Below are positions 24,500-38,499 of a stretch of DNA of 64,000 nt, piece by piece. This DNA is from Chrysemys picta bellii. Its lineage: Eukaryota. The notes beneath the pieces are model-generated. The model was given only the letters and a program-made list of their open reading frames with translations, did no database searches and was not told the origin of the DNA. Both the position numbers and the translations under genes were made by a program. The stretch's first letter is position 1; the number at the start of each line of letters is the position of its first letter. The DNA is taken from assembly GCF_011386835.1 (NCBI RefSeq), contig NC_088793.1:115692001-115756000 (forward strand), written 5' to 3'.

Positions 24500-25794
24500 T
24501 GCATTTGAAAAAGAGGAATGCACACCAGAAGACAGCACCAAATTACTGATTAACTGGCTTATTTTAACTATGGTAACACTTCAGGTAAAATTGCATGATG
24601 CAATGGATACATTTGCAGACAACTTAATAAATAAATACAAAAGACCATAGAAAGGAACTGTATTCAGTATGTTCAAACTGTGTCGGGGGTAGGATCTGTA
24701 CAAAAATATATGCTTTTCTAACAATTCACCAACTTAAATAAATAAAAAGGCATTTAAAATTATTGGATCTTTCATAGAACCTTATTTTTGTCCTCCTCCA
24801 TTTTGAATGTTTTCATTAAGTTAAAGCCAGTAATATTGCCTTTATTTTTAATGGTGAACACTTTTGAATCTGAAGTTGCCAAAGCACACAGAAGGAGAAG
24901 GGAAAAAAAGCTACCCCTTAATGTTTGATGTGCTAAAGTCATAGCAGTAAGTTTATTATACATTTGGTTGTGTATAACTTTGCTGATGAGCGCATTCCTT
25001 ATATATAAAGTAGATCTGAAGACAGTTTACTATTTTTTCAAAATGAATGTAACTTACGAAATACGCAGGCAATAAAAAACATTTTATTATCACTGCAACT
25101 ATTATTGGTTTGCTTCAATGCTAATTGCCTGAACAGACAAGACCCCTATTAATAACAGAGACAAAATAAACACATTCTTCTTCTGGGATATACTATATGT
25201 ATCTCTGATTGTATTAAAAGACACAATGGGCCTGATTCCGGATAGTGTTATTCCAGTTTAATGTCAGTGTAACTCTGATGTAAAACTGGAAGAATGTTGC
25301 TGTGAATCAGGCCCACTGTGTATTTTAATATAAGCTACATAATCATTTGCTCAAGAAGGACCTTTTCAGAGGTTGCTTATAGGGCTTGGTAATTCTAGTA
25401 CAGTATGAAAAAGATCTATTGTATGTACTAGCTATGTAGCATAGACACCTCAGTACAAACTTGTATGGAATACCAGGCGTAAAGCTAAGAAAACCCATTC
25501 ATAATTTAAAATATTTTCAAGTTTGGAAAAGGTGAAGAAAGCATGTAGAGGCTGCTTAGCAATATGCATCTTTCCATTTGGAATTTTACTTACATTTATG
25601 TATTACAGACTTAATCTTGCTTCCATTGATGTTAGCAGCAAAACTTTATTGACTTCTATGAGTATGGGACTGGTCCTTTAATTACTGTTGAGTTAAGTGT
25701 GCACACATAAAAGCTTTTCTTTTATTCATGCTGGGAAATGTCAATGTGTTTCAAAAGAAAATGTCTCAAAGTTGCTCGCGCATGCTAAGCCTAA

Positions 25795-26065
25795 GGGCTT
25801 GTCAACACTTGAAACGCAACATAGGTGCTGCTGTAGTGGTTCAGTGTAGACACTACCTACAGTGAGGGGAGGGGTTATCCCATTGGCATAGTTAATCTAC
25901 CTTCCTGAGAGGAGGTAACTAGGTCCACGGAAGAATTCTTCTGTCAACCTAGTGCTGTCTACACTATAGGTTAGGCTGGCTTCCCTATATTGCTCAGGGG
26001 ATGTGGATTTTTCACATTCCTGAGCAACATACTGGGTGAACATAACTTTTGAGTGTAGCTTGACC
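25795..26065. mobile_element. Harbinger-type MITE
   Basis: Degenerate TIRs GGGCTTGTCAACACT / AGTGTAGCTTGACC, flanks TAA/TGA, internal GTGTAGAC/GTCTACAC motifs. Confidence 0.6.
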
Positions 26066-26724
26066 TGAGACTTACATGGAAAAAGGTTCATACAACATGC
26101 AGGTTGCCAGTTTTTTTCTGAACACATACATTTATGTACCCAAATGGAAATCAGCTTCCATAAATCAAGTAACTGATTCTCTAGTTACCTGTCTTGGATT
26201 TTTAATTTTTTTTTGGCATAAGCCAGTGCATGTATGTGCAAAAATTACACACAATTTCAGTTTTGCAATTGGACACACAGTGAATATTGTGTTCCACTGG
26301 CAATTCCTACCTAAACTGATTATGAGAATATGAGTGAACAAACAGCTGTTGAACATTGCTGACACATAATAACTTTTTACTTTGTGATGTTTTATCCAAT
26401 GTAGTTGAATTCACTCAGCATTTCCATGACAAAACCTTTTTTTAAAAGATTATAGATTGGAAAAATACTCCTTCAGAAATAAAAATTGATATACATATCA
26501 CACCATATTTTTTGTTTTAAAATAGGAAAAGTTCATTCAATCATTTTAAAGTACACAAAATAGGAAAATAATGTATAGGACAGACGTTTCCAAGTGTTTT
26601 TAACTCTTAAAAAATTAAGCAGATTTTGAGTAATTAAAATTGTATAGTTCTAACAGGCCAAATTATCTTTACATATCTGCAGTTTGGATCTCATAATCTG
26701 GAATGATGTATTTGATTTAAAGTC

Positions 26725-27918
26725 ACAAAAACTAAACAACAACTTTTTTTCAGTACATCAGAAGCAGGAAACCTGCCAAACAATCAGTGGGGCCACTGAA
26801 CAATTGAAGTGTTAAAGGAGCACTCAAGGAAGACAAAGCCGTTGTGGAGAATATACATGAATTTTTTGTATCAGTCTTCGCTGCAGAAGATGTGAGGGAG
26901 ATTCCCACACCTGAGCCATTCTTTTTAGGGGACAAATCTGAGGAACAATCCCAAATTGAGGTGTCAATAGAGGAGGTTTTGGAACAAACTGATAAATTAA
27001 ACAGTAATAAGTCACAAGGACTAGATGGTATTCACTCCAGAGTTCTGGAGGAACTGAAATATGAAATTGCAGAACTACTAACTGAGGTATGTAACCTATT
27101 GCTTAAGTCAGTCTCTGTGCCAGATGACTGGAGGATAGCTAATATAATGTCTATTTTTTAAAAGGCTTCTGAGGTGATTCTGGTAATAACAAATCAGAAA
27201 ACCTGTTTGTTGCTAGGAAAATTGGCTGAAACTATAGTAAAGAACAGAATTATCAAATATACAGATAAACATAATATATTGGAAGAGTCAACACGGCTTT
27301 TGTAAAGGGAAATCATGCCTCTCCAATCTATTAGAGTCCTTTGAGCGTCTCAGTAAGCATGTGGACAAGGGTGACTCAGTCGAAGTAGTGTACTTGGACG
27401 TTCAGAAAGCCTTTGACAAGGTCCCACACCAAAGAGCAGTCATTGGATAAGAGGGAAGGTCCTCTCATGGATCAGTAACTGGTTAAAAGACCGAAAACAA
27501 AGGGTAGGAATAAATGATCAGTTTTCACAGTGGAGAGGTAAATAGAGTGGTTTCTCAAGGATCTGTACTGAGACCAGTGTGGTTCAACATATTAATAAAT
27601 GATCTGGAAAAGATGGCAAACAGTGAGGTGGCAAAATTTGTAAATGATACAAAACTACTCAAGAGATTTAAGTCAAAATCTGACTGTGAGGAGTTAAAAG
27701 GGATCTCACAAAACCGCGTGATTAGGCAACATAATGGCAGATGAAATTCAATGTGATAAGTACAAAGTAATGCACATTGGAAAGAATAATCCTAACTATA
27801 CATACAAAATGATGGGGTCTAAATTAGCTGTTACCACTCAAGAAAGAGATCTTGGAGTCACTGTGAATAGTTCTCTGAAAACAGTGACACTCAAAAAAGT
27901 TGACAATGTTAGGAACTG
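26725..27918 (+). mobile_element. CR1 LINE ORF2 fragment (reverse transcriptase, decayed)
   Basis: Frameshifted ORF2 motifs: YLDVQKAFDKVPH (~27390-27430), QGSVLRPVWFNILINDL (~27555-27605), FVND in place of FADD, KYKVMHIGKNNP. Confidence 0.93.
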
Positions 27919-30090
27919 GGAGACTTCCTCTGAAACTTCAAGCTGCCTGAGTTTGAGTGGCTGCAAATGTTTGCTATAACTGGATAGTTTGAGATACTAT
28001 TCTTATATTTTTAAACAGAAATACTAGGACAGATTCACATAATAGATTAATATCAGTTGAGGATCTGACTCACTTTATTTAGAGGGTGACCAGATTTTCA
28101 AGGTGAAAAAACTTTATGGGAGGAGGCTATTACTTAGCAGGGTCAGTGAGATGTGCATAGGAGGGTTCTGGTTACTTGAGCAGGGGCTAGAGAAGGTAAG
28201 AGAAAAGGCTGCCCAGTCCTCCCTCTGATATTTCCTATGCTTTCCTTTATCTTTCCCCCACCCTTTCCCTCATCCCCCCCTTGATTTCTTCACTTTCCCC
28301 TTGCTTCAAACGGTCTCCCCTTTTCCTCCTCCCTCCCTAGCTCGGTCACCATTGTATCCATAGCAAAAAGCTATTTGTTTATTCTGTTTGGCATGTCTCT
28401 GTCTTTCAAAGCCTGACCTTTCTGTGACCTTTCTCTGTGTCTTGCTCAAGTTGGGAGAGAATAGAGGCAGCCATGTGCTAGGCTGGGAGGCCTGTCCTCG
28501 GTGCACAATCATTCTCTCTATCACATCTACTTTCAGTCCTCTAAGTTCCCCCTTCTTCCCTTCTGTTGTCCCCTTCACTCAATACTCTGCCTGAGCATTT
28601 GTTTACTTGTGGTGCAGGGATGAAGAGCAGCAGCACGGATGCCTTATCCCAGCTAGTGTCCCAAGCCACCATGAATACAGTGATAACCCAGGGGCATGGT
28701 CTATAATCTCATCAATTGCAAGCAGATGCTTAAGTGCAGATTTTGCACTTGTATCTGCTTCCAACCCTACTGCTGGTACAAAGTGGCCTTGTGCCACCTC
28801 CCCTGCTCACTGCTGGTGTAGGGGGCACGGACCTGGCCACCTTTACACACCCTTCCCCATTGTGCTGTGCAGGTTGTCTCCTTCAGTGTATATGTGCTCA
28901 CTCAGCCTTCACATTAATTTCCCCAGTTAGTCGTCTGGCCGTACTTTCATGTGGCCAGTCTGATGTGGTTTAAAAGACAAACAAGCCAGCACATAATACT
29001 ATTTCCTGTGAAGATGGCAGGATCAGACCCTGAGAAGAGGGACATCCTTGTTTTCATTGTTACCCTAGTCATGTATAAAAACAGATTGTGCTGCTCATGC
29101 CCATGAATGCAGGGTGAGGTGCCAGCAGAGTGAGCAAGGATTGGCCATATTTTTGGGGGTAGGGAAAGGTTGGGACAGAAGTAGGTAACTTTTGGGTGCA
29201 ACAGAGAACGTCTTGTAGGCAACGCACAAAATGCTTATGCCAGCCCTGGATAGGGAATTAATTTTCCAGAGCACTGGCACAAACAGAGTACAGGAGGTGG
29301 AGATGTCATTTGCAAAAGCTCCCTCTCCTGCTCCCACACAGCTTTCCAACTCCCCTCCACACAATTCGAGTTTTAGTTTGGTTTGTGACTACTGCAGCAT
29401 GCTGACCTTTCCCTTGGATAAATCCACCTTCTGTGGATTCTGCATGTGTGGTCTTCTGGGGCCTGTATGGCTCAGCTGGCCACAGATATTTTCAGCTCTG
29501 CTCAGCTCTGCTTTGGAACGTACAAAAACAAATTGCTTGCCAGTTTGACAAGCTGGCTCAGGACTGAAGCCGGATTATGAGAGCGTTGATCTCCTAAACC
29601 ACCTTTAGCAAAAAATACTTGGAGTAATTATATATGACTTTCACTTTTGAGATGCAGAATATGAACCCTATTACTGAATAGAAAAGTTTTATTTCACTTT
29701 ATTTCTCTCTTTCATATACAGACACACTGGCCGTACTAGTACTAAAAGTGCATCAGTACATAAACTTATGAGGAAGGAAAAAATTTCTACCCCTTTATGA
29801 GAGGAACACCAAAAGCCAGTATTTGATGAACAATAATTTTAAGAGATCAAAAAATATCTGAATTTAGAAAATGATCCTCTCTGTTAAGCTCAGAGAATGA
29901 ATATAGTGTGATATAGCAAACAAAACATTTCTGTTTTCTAAATATGATCTTTAGAAAGATTCACTCTGTGAGCAAAGTATATTTGCAGGAGTGGTATCCT
30001 GGAGGGAAAAGAACAGGCTAAATTTCAGCAACAATCCCCTCCCCTCAAATATGTGAGTTATTAACTTCTAAATGCAAGACGTAGGGACCT

Positions 30091-30250
30091 AGGGTAAAAT
30101 TTTCCAAAGCAAGTGAGTGATTTAAGAGACTAAGTCCTATTTTCAAATGACCTAGGACTTAGGAGCCTAAGTCCCATACACCTTCAATGAGAACTAGGCT
30201 CTTAAATGGCTCAGTCACTTTTGAAAATGGGACTTTGGAAAATTTTACCC
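30091..30250. mobile_element. Palindromic MITE (AGGGTAAAATTTTC...GAAAATTTTACCCT); related copy at ~772-910
   Basis: Near-perfect terminal inverted repeats with internal CTTAGG/CCTAAG units. Confidence 0.65.
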
Positions 30251-30725
30251 CTAGTATAAACATTTACTTTTATCCACATTGCATCCTTTCTACTTGGAAA
30301 AAAACAGAAGGAAAACCTGATTGCTGAGTATTCGAGTCATACTCTTCCCCTGCTGATTTATTTTAATCAATGATAACCTTCCAGACTGGAAACATACAGA
30401 AATCAGTAATTCTGACAAGTACCTTATTATGAAGCTGGGCTGCTGACAGTGACAAAGAGAACAGAACATTAGAATGTGGCATGTCAGATTCTATGGTATT
30501 GTTGCCCCCCGTGCTGAGTCAGGGACTTGCCCTTCAGCTTCCTGATGGAGGAGAAATCAGTGATGTGGAGAGTGATGTGGATACATTATCAATAGCACTT
30601 GTTTATTCTACACTATATACCCTTTGATGCTTGGTGTCACACAGAACATGCAGACTATCCCTTCTTTTCAGAGCCACAGTCAAAAAACAATGCCCAGTTC
30701 CAAAGGAACAGTTCTGCCTCAGGAG

Positions 30726-30911
30726 CAGGGCTGGCTCTAACATTTTTGCTGCCCCAGGCAAAAAAAAAAAAGAGCGCCGCCCTGCCGTAACACCCCCCCC
30801 AAGCGCCACTGAAACCCCCGCCCCCCCCGAGCGCCGGGCCGCCCAAATCCCCGCCCCCTGAGCGCCGCCCCAAGCACGTGCTTGGTCAGCTGGTGTCTGG
30901 AGCCGGCCCTG
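30726..30911. mobile_element. GC-rich non-autonomous hAT element
   Basis: TIRs CAGGGCTGGCTCTA / TGGAGCCGGCCCTG; 8-bp TSD CTCAGGAG/CTCAAGAG. Confidence 0.88.
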
Positions 30912-31056
30912 CTCAAGAGTTGACTTTCATTAGGGAGACTAAGGCAGGGTGCAACCCTTTGTGCTTGCACCAGCTCCTGTAAAAACCAACTCCATCACAA
31001 AACAATACAGCGTTTCTTCGAAGACTGAACTCTGCTCACGCACTAAGACCCTGTAA

Positions 31057-31361
31057 GGCTAAGTCTACACTCCGAGCTGGGGGTGTGATTCCCAGCTCAC
31101 ATAGACATACTTCCACTAGCTCTTATCTGAGCTAACCATCTATAAGAGTACTGCAGCTGCCATAGCTCAGGCAGTGGCAGAATGGGCTAGCTGGCCCAAG
31201 TACAAACCTGCCTGAACTCCATGGGTATATGGTTGGGGCAGCCTGCCCACGCAACCCTTGCATATACTACCATGGCTACACTACTATTTGTAAAGAGTAG
31301 CTCAGACGAGAGCTAGCGCAAGGATGTGTATTGCACCCCGAATTGTATTGTAGACACAGCC
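31057..31361. mobile_element. Harbinger-type MITE
   Basis: TIRs GGCTAAGTCTACA / TGTAGACACAGCC with TAA on both sides. Confidence 0.75.
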
Positions 31362-33714
31362 TAAATATATCAGTGCCACCTGGTGATTCCAGCCATAACA
31401 CTATACTGCACACTATGTCGTGGAGACATCAGAATGTGCTGCTCTTCTACAGCATGTGGTAGCTGAGAAGGTCTGAGCCCCATTCCTGAGGACAGTAACA
31501 TATAGTTGGAGAGTGAGAAAGAGAAATTGAGATATGTAGAGAGAGTGTAAGTGAGCAAGAAAGAATCTCCTTGTAACAGTACTCAGTGATAAGTGATATA
31601 TCCAGACATGACTACGATGGGTTTTATTCTGTTGTAAAATTGTGGTCTACATTTTCAAAAGTGTCTAGTGACAACTCGAGATGCCTTGAAGGGTGCTGAT
31701 TTTCAGAGGCAGGATGATCAGCATTCAGACAACTTTAAAGTATTTCCAGTTGGACATCAAAATTGAGGCACAAAAATCACAAGTCACTTGAAAAAGTTAT
31801 GTATTTTGATGAGGGTCTGCACTCATCCACATCAACCAAGGGTGCACGCACAAAGAAACTCTGACCTTGTGGAACAGCTGAGACTCTGCATACTGGTGGT
31901 CTGTTCTTGATCCTTGGATTTTACCCTTCCCCTTTATCCTGAGGCCAAGGCAGCTGAGAGCTCCATTTCTAATGCTGCTCTTCAGTCAGCTGCGAAGGAA
32001 TATTGGAGAGTGATGTAATGTCATCTGAACCCATTCCTCTGTTGTGAACATCACCTCTGCAACTTTCCTATCTTCTGCCACTCTGAGGAAGGGAAACCTG
32101 AGGGTCAATCCACTGCACATTAGTGAACGGACCACCAGGCTTATAGAGGCAATTCAGTGCAAGTGTAGGTTGCTCACTGTAAGAGTGCAGTGAGGTGACA
32201 ACGTAAAAGGAAGAGCAAAGGCAGCTACTACAGCACTCACTTGCTGATGTATTTTGTGTATATTAAAATATCATGCAAAAGTGTAGTGCCAATGACTAGT
32301 AGGGCGTGGGGGTCTCCTTTTATCCACAGCTAAAGGGATTACCAGAGGGATTACCTACTGGATCATTAGTCTGTTGCTGTGCAGGAATAAAGAAATCCAG
32401 CTGAGAGAACTGCTTGGGTCATTTGATGCTTGCTGTTTGATTAATGATTCATTCTCTGTTCCATGGAGGTGAGAACGCAAATGCTTAATGTGCCCTTCTC
32501 CCACAGAAAAAAGCCCCAGCTCTGTAAAGACTGGATTGAATTGGCTGTAGCAGGTTCTATAGCACTCAGGCCCTATTTGAATATATTTTCCTGCAGAAGT
32601 GGGTAATTCAAAATTTCATTTCCCTGGCTTCAATTCAGCTGAATAGCTTTTGCATGTTTTTGGTATTCTGAAAGGTGTCAGCACAACACATGAAATAATT
32701 AAGTTGCTTTGTGATGGCAGAACATCCAGAACATCACTTAATAAAGTCAGAACAGCATTTCAATAAAAGTCTTTCTTTTCTATTCTTTTAAAACTTGGTT
32801 TACATGACCTTATTAATAAGAAGTGCCTGGCCAGCAGGTATTTTACTGTCTGTACTAAAGATACCTAATCCAAATGAATGTTCTATTTTCCATGTCTAAT
32901 TATGTTACCGCTTAACTGTTTACTAAAAGAAATCCATCTATCTGAAATCTTGCTTTGGAGAGGTTCTGTGTTGTGTGGTAAACTTGAGTGTAAAAACAAC
33001 AAGCCATCATAAGTGCTATTTTTCTGTCTAAATTAAAAAAAACCTTTCTGATTAAAAACTGAATAAATTCTGGGTCCAGATTCTTTACTTCCCCTATTAT
33101 TTACTGGCTGCAACAGTGGAGGGCCAAAAAGGAGCCAGTTATGGTTCCTTGAGCCTTTGTCCAGTTCTACATTGGTCCTGGCAAAATTTAAAACAGTCTC
33201 AGGGCTGCTTTAATCTACACTGGCTGGTTATAGCTCACAAGAGCTGTCCATCAGCTGAAGGTGATCAATGTAACCTGTGTACTGCTCACGCACCCTCCCA
33301 TGCCAAATTCAACTCCAGCATCACCACTACTGTAGTTGTTGCAGAGAGCTGGCATACGAGCTAACTCTGCACCAGTTGAGGACTCCCTTGCACTGTAGGA
33401 ATCCCCAGCTGGGGAGATCCATTAGCTTTCTGGCTTCTTAGAGGCTGGTCAGCACCAAGGAGACATTCGAACCCATTATATCAAATAGCATCTCAGTCCG
33501 GATATTTCAAGCTAAGATACATTAGAAAAGCTTAGTCATATGGATGCTTTGTATGAATATTAGTAATGGTGAATATAAAAGGGGGTTCCACTCACTGCAG
33601 GTGTGCCTGTGTGAGGCTGGGTCTGGGAATTAGCTCTCACTGGATCTGGTGCCCCTGTCCAGAGCTTATTCACCTCCCACATGTTCTCCCTACCACCTCT
33701 CTGTTCCTATAGAG

Positions 33715-33934
33715 CAGTGGTTTTCAAACTTTTGTAATGGTGACCCCTTTCACATAGCAAGCCTCTGAGTGCAACTCCCCTTATAAATTAAAACTACATT
33801 TTTATATATTTAACACCATTATAAATTCTGGAGGTGAAGCGGGGTTTGGGGTGGAGGCTGACAGTTTGCAACCCCCCCATGTAATAACCTCACAACCCCC
33901 TGAGGGGTCCCAACTCCCAGTTTGAGAACCTCTG
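33715..33934. mobile_element. Non-autonomous hAT element (220 bp)
   Basis: TIRs CAGTGGTTTTCAAACT / AGTTTGAGAACCTCTG; perfect 8-bp TSD CTATAGAG. Confidence 0.92.
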
Positions 33935-34324
33935 CTATAGAGAGACTGCAGAATCTCTCTCTACAGCCTTCTGCTTTTAACATCCTGGTTTCCTACTACT
34001 ATTTTTGCTTCTCCCCCAGCAGGGCTTCATCTGCCATTAGGCCTTTTGAAGCCCAGGGTCCTCTCCAGGTGCAACATATTAGGTTAATTGGCCTCTTCTG
34101 GCCCACATTAACCATCTCAGGACTTGCATGGGGGTGGACATCCCATCACAGTGAATCTGTTGCTAAAAAAAAAAAAAAAGACAATTCCAAATCTTTGCTG
34201 ATTTCTAAAAGTCAAACTTGACCCTCACCTTATTGCAGAATTCTGAAACATTCCATTCTGTTTTTCCACCTCCACTTTCCTCCTGTCATCAGAAACTGGA
34301 GTGCCAAAATAATGGGAGGAAACC

Positions 34325-34355
<31 letters not shown>

Positions 34356-37300
34356 TCATTTCAGGCCAGCACCAGAAGTGCCTGAAATCTTTTTTCGAAA
34401 GCCTGCTCTCCTGAAATTTCCGTCCCAAATTTTATGAACAGCTTCTGAACTTTTGGGTGCTAATTTGAAACAAAAGTAAACTCAGAACATTTCAGTGTCC
34501 CCCCGCCTAACACAAAGAATAATAAGTGTAAACATCAAATCAATCCATATTACTTCAATTGCTTTTTGAGTTATTTCTTCAATTACTGCTTTTCAAACTT
34601 TGTATTGATTATAGAACTTCATCCAGGCAATAGTCCCTGGTCAATTATCATACAACATATTAAGTTATTATGGGTAGACTGTCCGCCTGTCATTTTTCTT
34701 TTGCATTCTGTAGCTTTGATGCAAATATATCCTGTAATGAAGAACTGAAATTGTTAATATTCCACACAAGAAACAAAAGTAAATATTAAAGTAAAAGCAA
34801 AGTGGCAATTTCTCCACAAGTAGTGTCTCTCCAATTTATATTCATTAGTAGCGGAGCATTTTATACTGAACCCTTCGAGTGCATGTACAGAACGTTCATT
34901 TAGACTCCCTAAACCCGGTGGCACTGACACACAGGCAGATTAATGCTTTTAATCTTGTTTTCCTTTTGCTGATATTGACAGCCAGTGACTGAGACTCCAC
35001 CAGACTTGGATTGTAAACAAAGTGCTTGGAAGAACTTGATTCAGTTAGGAGGTAATTCATTTAATTAATAAGCTTCCCCTTTTCAGTCTAGACAATATCA
35101 GGAGAATGTGTTGCAATCAAAGTGTTCTTCAGTTAATTCATTACCTTTCTACTGTGATAACGGATCAAGTAGTAGTATGAAATACTAGTACTAACTACTA
35201 CTACAAGTAAAGATCATATTCACATTCTGGCAGAAGGAAAGTGTTTTTGCACTTACACCAGTTTCTTTCTGCTAATTATGTGCTGTGTTCGCATGGATTT
35301 TTGAAATCCCTCTATCTGTGGTGGAGGCCAAGGGTCTGCTGAATATTTCCTCATCCCCACAATGGTCTCTTAAGGCCATACCTTTTGAGCATTAAGGAAG
35401 TGAAGAGGTTTGGGACAACCCCCCCCCCATCTTCTCCCATGGTTAGAAACTCAGCAGGTTGAAAATCCGCATAGCGGATGCTTTGGGCCTCAGTCAGTGA
35501 CTCATGTCACCACTGTCTCTACTCCGCTTTACTCTTCTTTCCTTTTATCCAGTTTAAGAGAATATCTGGCCCTTTTCTCACACCAATCTGGCTGCTCTCT
35601 TTTACTTAGTATGCCACATACAACCCGGGTGTAAGCAGGCACAAACTAAATGAAGGCAATGGAGTTACACCAAAGCTGAGTTTGCCCCATCATAAAATCT
35701 TTAGGAGCATTTTTTAGGTTTGCCTTTAAAGAAAGTCATGAAGATGAAGAAGGGTGAGTTGAGAGTATCTAGAGAATAACAGTGAAACCTCTGGAAGTGC
35801 TTATTAGGTTTATCTCAGACAAAGGAATATAGAAGGGAACTCCAGGGGTCATATAATTCAGCATCTTGTCAGGAGAGTGTCATTATTCATTATTATTATG
35901 AACATAGCAGATTATCAGGTCTAATCTTATGTATCTCTGGTGATGAAGATTTCATTGACTTCCTTGGCACTTTATAGCATTGCCTAAATGCCTTTTTAGA
36001 GATGTAAAGGTTTTACTTATGCATATGGCTCTGGTAACTGCATGACTCAGGCTAGGAACCAGAGACAAAGTCACACATGAGGTTGTTCATGTAGACCTGC
36101 AGTCTGAGGTGCAAAAGGGAAGAACAGAGACCCAGCCCACCACTACCATGTCAAGATTGAAGTGAGATTAAACTAGGGACAAAAATGCAAGCAAGAAAGA
36201 TTTGTTCTTAGTAAATCAAGGCTTTACATTAACTGAAGGGAAATTTCCCCAGCCAATTTTAAACAGACTATTTAATTCAAGATACAGTAAGAGCTATAAA
36301 TCAGCAAATGGTGAACCTTTCAATAGCAGATGGCTGTTATTCTGCAGTTCCTAATCAAGCTTCATAGTTTTGTTTTTGGCTCTTTTCTTGTGTAGATGTT
36401 CACCTGCTTCTATCAGCTTTTCTTCTAAGCATCGTCATCATCGTCATATTAATTCTTTTTTAAAGTTATTACTAAGTTCAGCAACATTGATAATTTCCTA
36501 TCTTCAGTCATGAAGCTCCTGCAGAGGAAGTGGAATCTTCTCTATGTAAGCAAGAATTGAGACAAGACTGGAGAAGATCACAAGAGAATTGGAGCTAGAA
36601 TGTGATACCCCAGCCTCATATTGAATAACACTTTACTCCAGAAATAATTCCTTTGATTTCAATGGGACTGCGTGTGAAGTAAATTACTAGGCAGCCTCAG
36701 CAAGGTTAGCAGAATCTGGCCATTTGGTAATAACAGCCTTTTGTGGGAGCAGAGAAGCAACACTGCGTACAAATCTTAGAACTGCTGTACCTTTTACAGA
36801 CCTCTCTCTCATCCAAGAGGGATGTAGAAAAATGATCACCTGCCCCTCAGCTAATAGGTATCAGCTGTGCTTGTTTGAAAGGCCATGAACATTTTGGATA
36901 TTGTATTCATGGTACAGATGAATAGATTAAAAATTCTCACCTGGATTTTGCCTCATGATGAAATTTCATACCCAATAATGATGTTGCAGAACTCTGGCAA
37001 TGACTGAAAATGCTTGCAGGCATATTTCTTGCCTAAAATTTTATGTGTTATTAATAGAGTGACTGATGTTTCATGTAGGAGCAGAGCTCACTCAAACCAA
37101 TGACTACTTGGTTCTAGCAGGCCAAAACAAACCACTGAAGACTGTCAGAAGGGTAGGTTTGATTGCAAACAAAGAAAAACAGTAGAAAATTGTCTAGACA
37201 CTAAAAACAGATTTGGCCACTGAATACATTTTTGCAATGTTTTATCAAACAGAAGAATCCTCTTAAGCAAATAGCTATTAGATGAGCAACATTCTGATAC

Positions 37301-37556
37301 AACAAGGTTGTCTGTTAGTAGATTTATGCTGCATGTTCCTGCTGAGAGGCCCCCTGAGAAGTACATCAACCAGGAGGAAGAATCAAGTAGAATCTACTGA
37401 TGCTCTGTGAATCTAGCCCTGCGTGATAACTCTGTTTTACTACTAGTTTAGTTAAAAAAAAAAATTAAAAACAATGATGAACATATTTTATTAAAATCAG
37501 CCTCATATGTAAACTCCATGAGTTTCATTTGTTCTCAGGGAAGGCCGGGGTCTTTA

Positions 37557-37830
37557 GTAGATTTTAAGGCTGGAAGGGATCACTGGGCGTAATATAGGCC
37601 ATAGAATTTCACCCAGTAATTCCTGCATCGATCGCAATGATTTACAGTTGACTTGAAGTTTATCTTCTAGAAAGACACCCAGTCCTGAGTTCAAGATTAC
37701 AAGGGATAGAAAATTCACCACATCCCTGGTTAAACTGTTCCAATGGCTAACTACCCTCACTTTAAAGTATGCACCTTTGTTCCCGCTTTAATTTGTCTAG
37801 CTTCAGTTTCCAATCACTGGATCTTGAAAT
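37557..37830 (-). mobile_element. CR1 LINE 3' fragment
   Basis: Minus-strand translation MRVVSHWNSLTRDVVNFLSLVILNSGLGVFL resembles the CR1 ORF2 C-terminus (WN.LP..VV...SL..FK..LD.FL), followed by a CR1-type tail. Confidence 0.75.
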
Positions 37831-37943
37831 CTGTAGCACTTGTCCAATAGCACATTCCTTGAAAAATTCTCATTAGGATTCTTTGCCCAGGTCACTGTTG
37901 CATAAATGTAAATAACACCTCTTTAAAATGTAGGAGCTCCTCT

Positions 37944-38499
37944 AAAGCAGGGGTGTAACAGTCAAGTGGGGGAGAGTGAAGGAGAGAGTCTCTGAAATGT
38001 AAAAGTCAGTTTGCAGCTTCTGCGACAGAGTAATCCACCAAAGAAGTGTCTGGACTGGGGGTCAGACCCCAACAGGGGCCCAATCCTTTCCCCTTCCCTG
38101 CTGAGGGAGAATAACAGATCATCGAGAAGAGAGCTGGGGAACACTTTTTGACCAACTAAACCACTGAGGGAGATAGGGACTGTGACCAGGCCTCAAGGCA
38201 AAGGAAAGGTAGGAAGCGGCCCACGAAAGGCTAGTTAGGTATGCCAGAATGAGGTGACCGAGTGCCTCTCTCCCTTGGGCCCTGGGCTGGGACCTGGTTT
38301 ACAGGGAGGGCCAGTCCCCCTAGCTATCCCCCACATCTGTCTGGGGAGCAATGGGCTGTTCCTTGACCAATTTGCCTGCTGCCTGTCAGGAAAGTCTATC
38401 CCAGGACTTTGGAAAGACTGTCAAGCCACCACCTGCCCATTAGGCCTGCTGGCCTCTGAGCAGAACCCACTACAAATTGATGGGAAAGACTGTTGAGAC
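37944..38499. mobile_element. Probable solo LTR
   Basis: TGTAACAGTC start, GACTGTTGAGACA end, GC-richer than flanks; no clear TSD. Confidence 0.45.

Larger units (their letters stand above)
16198..24500 (+). other. VIP: VIP gene locus (7 exons; prepro-VIP/PHI, 203 aa)
   Basis: Six GT-AG bounded coding exons of 110+141+105+132+115+9 nt = 612 nt splice in frame into a signal peptide, PHI, VIP and C-terminal peptide. TSS and 3' end are estimates. Confidence 0.97.
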
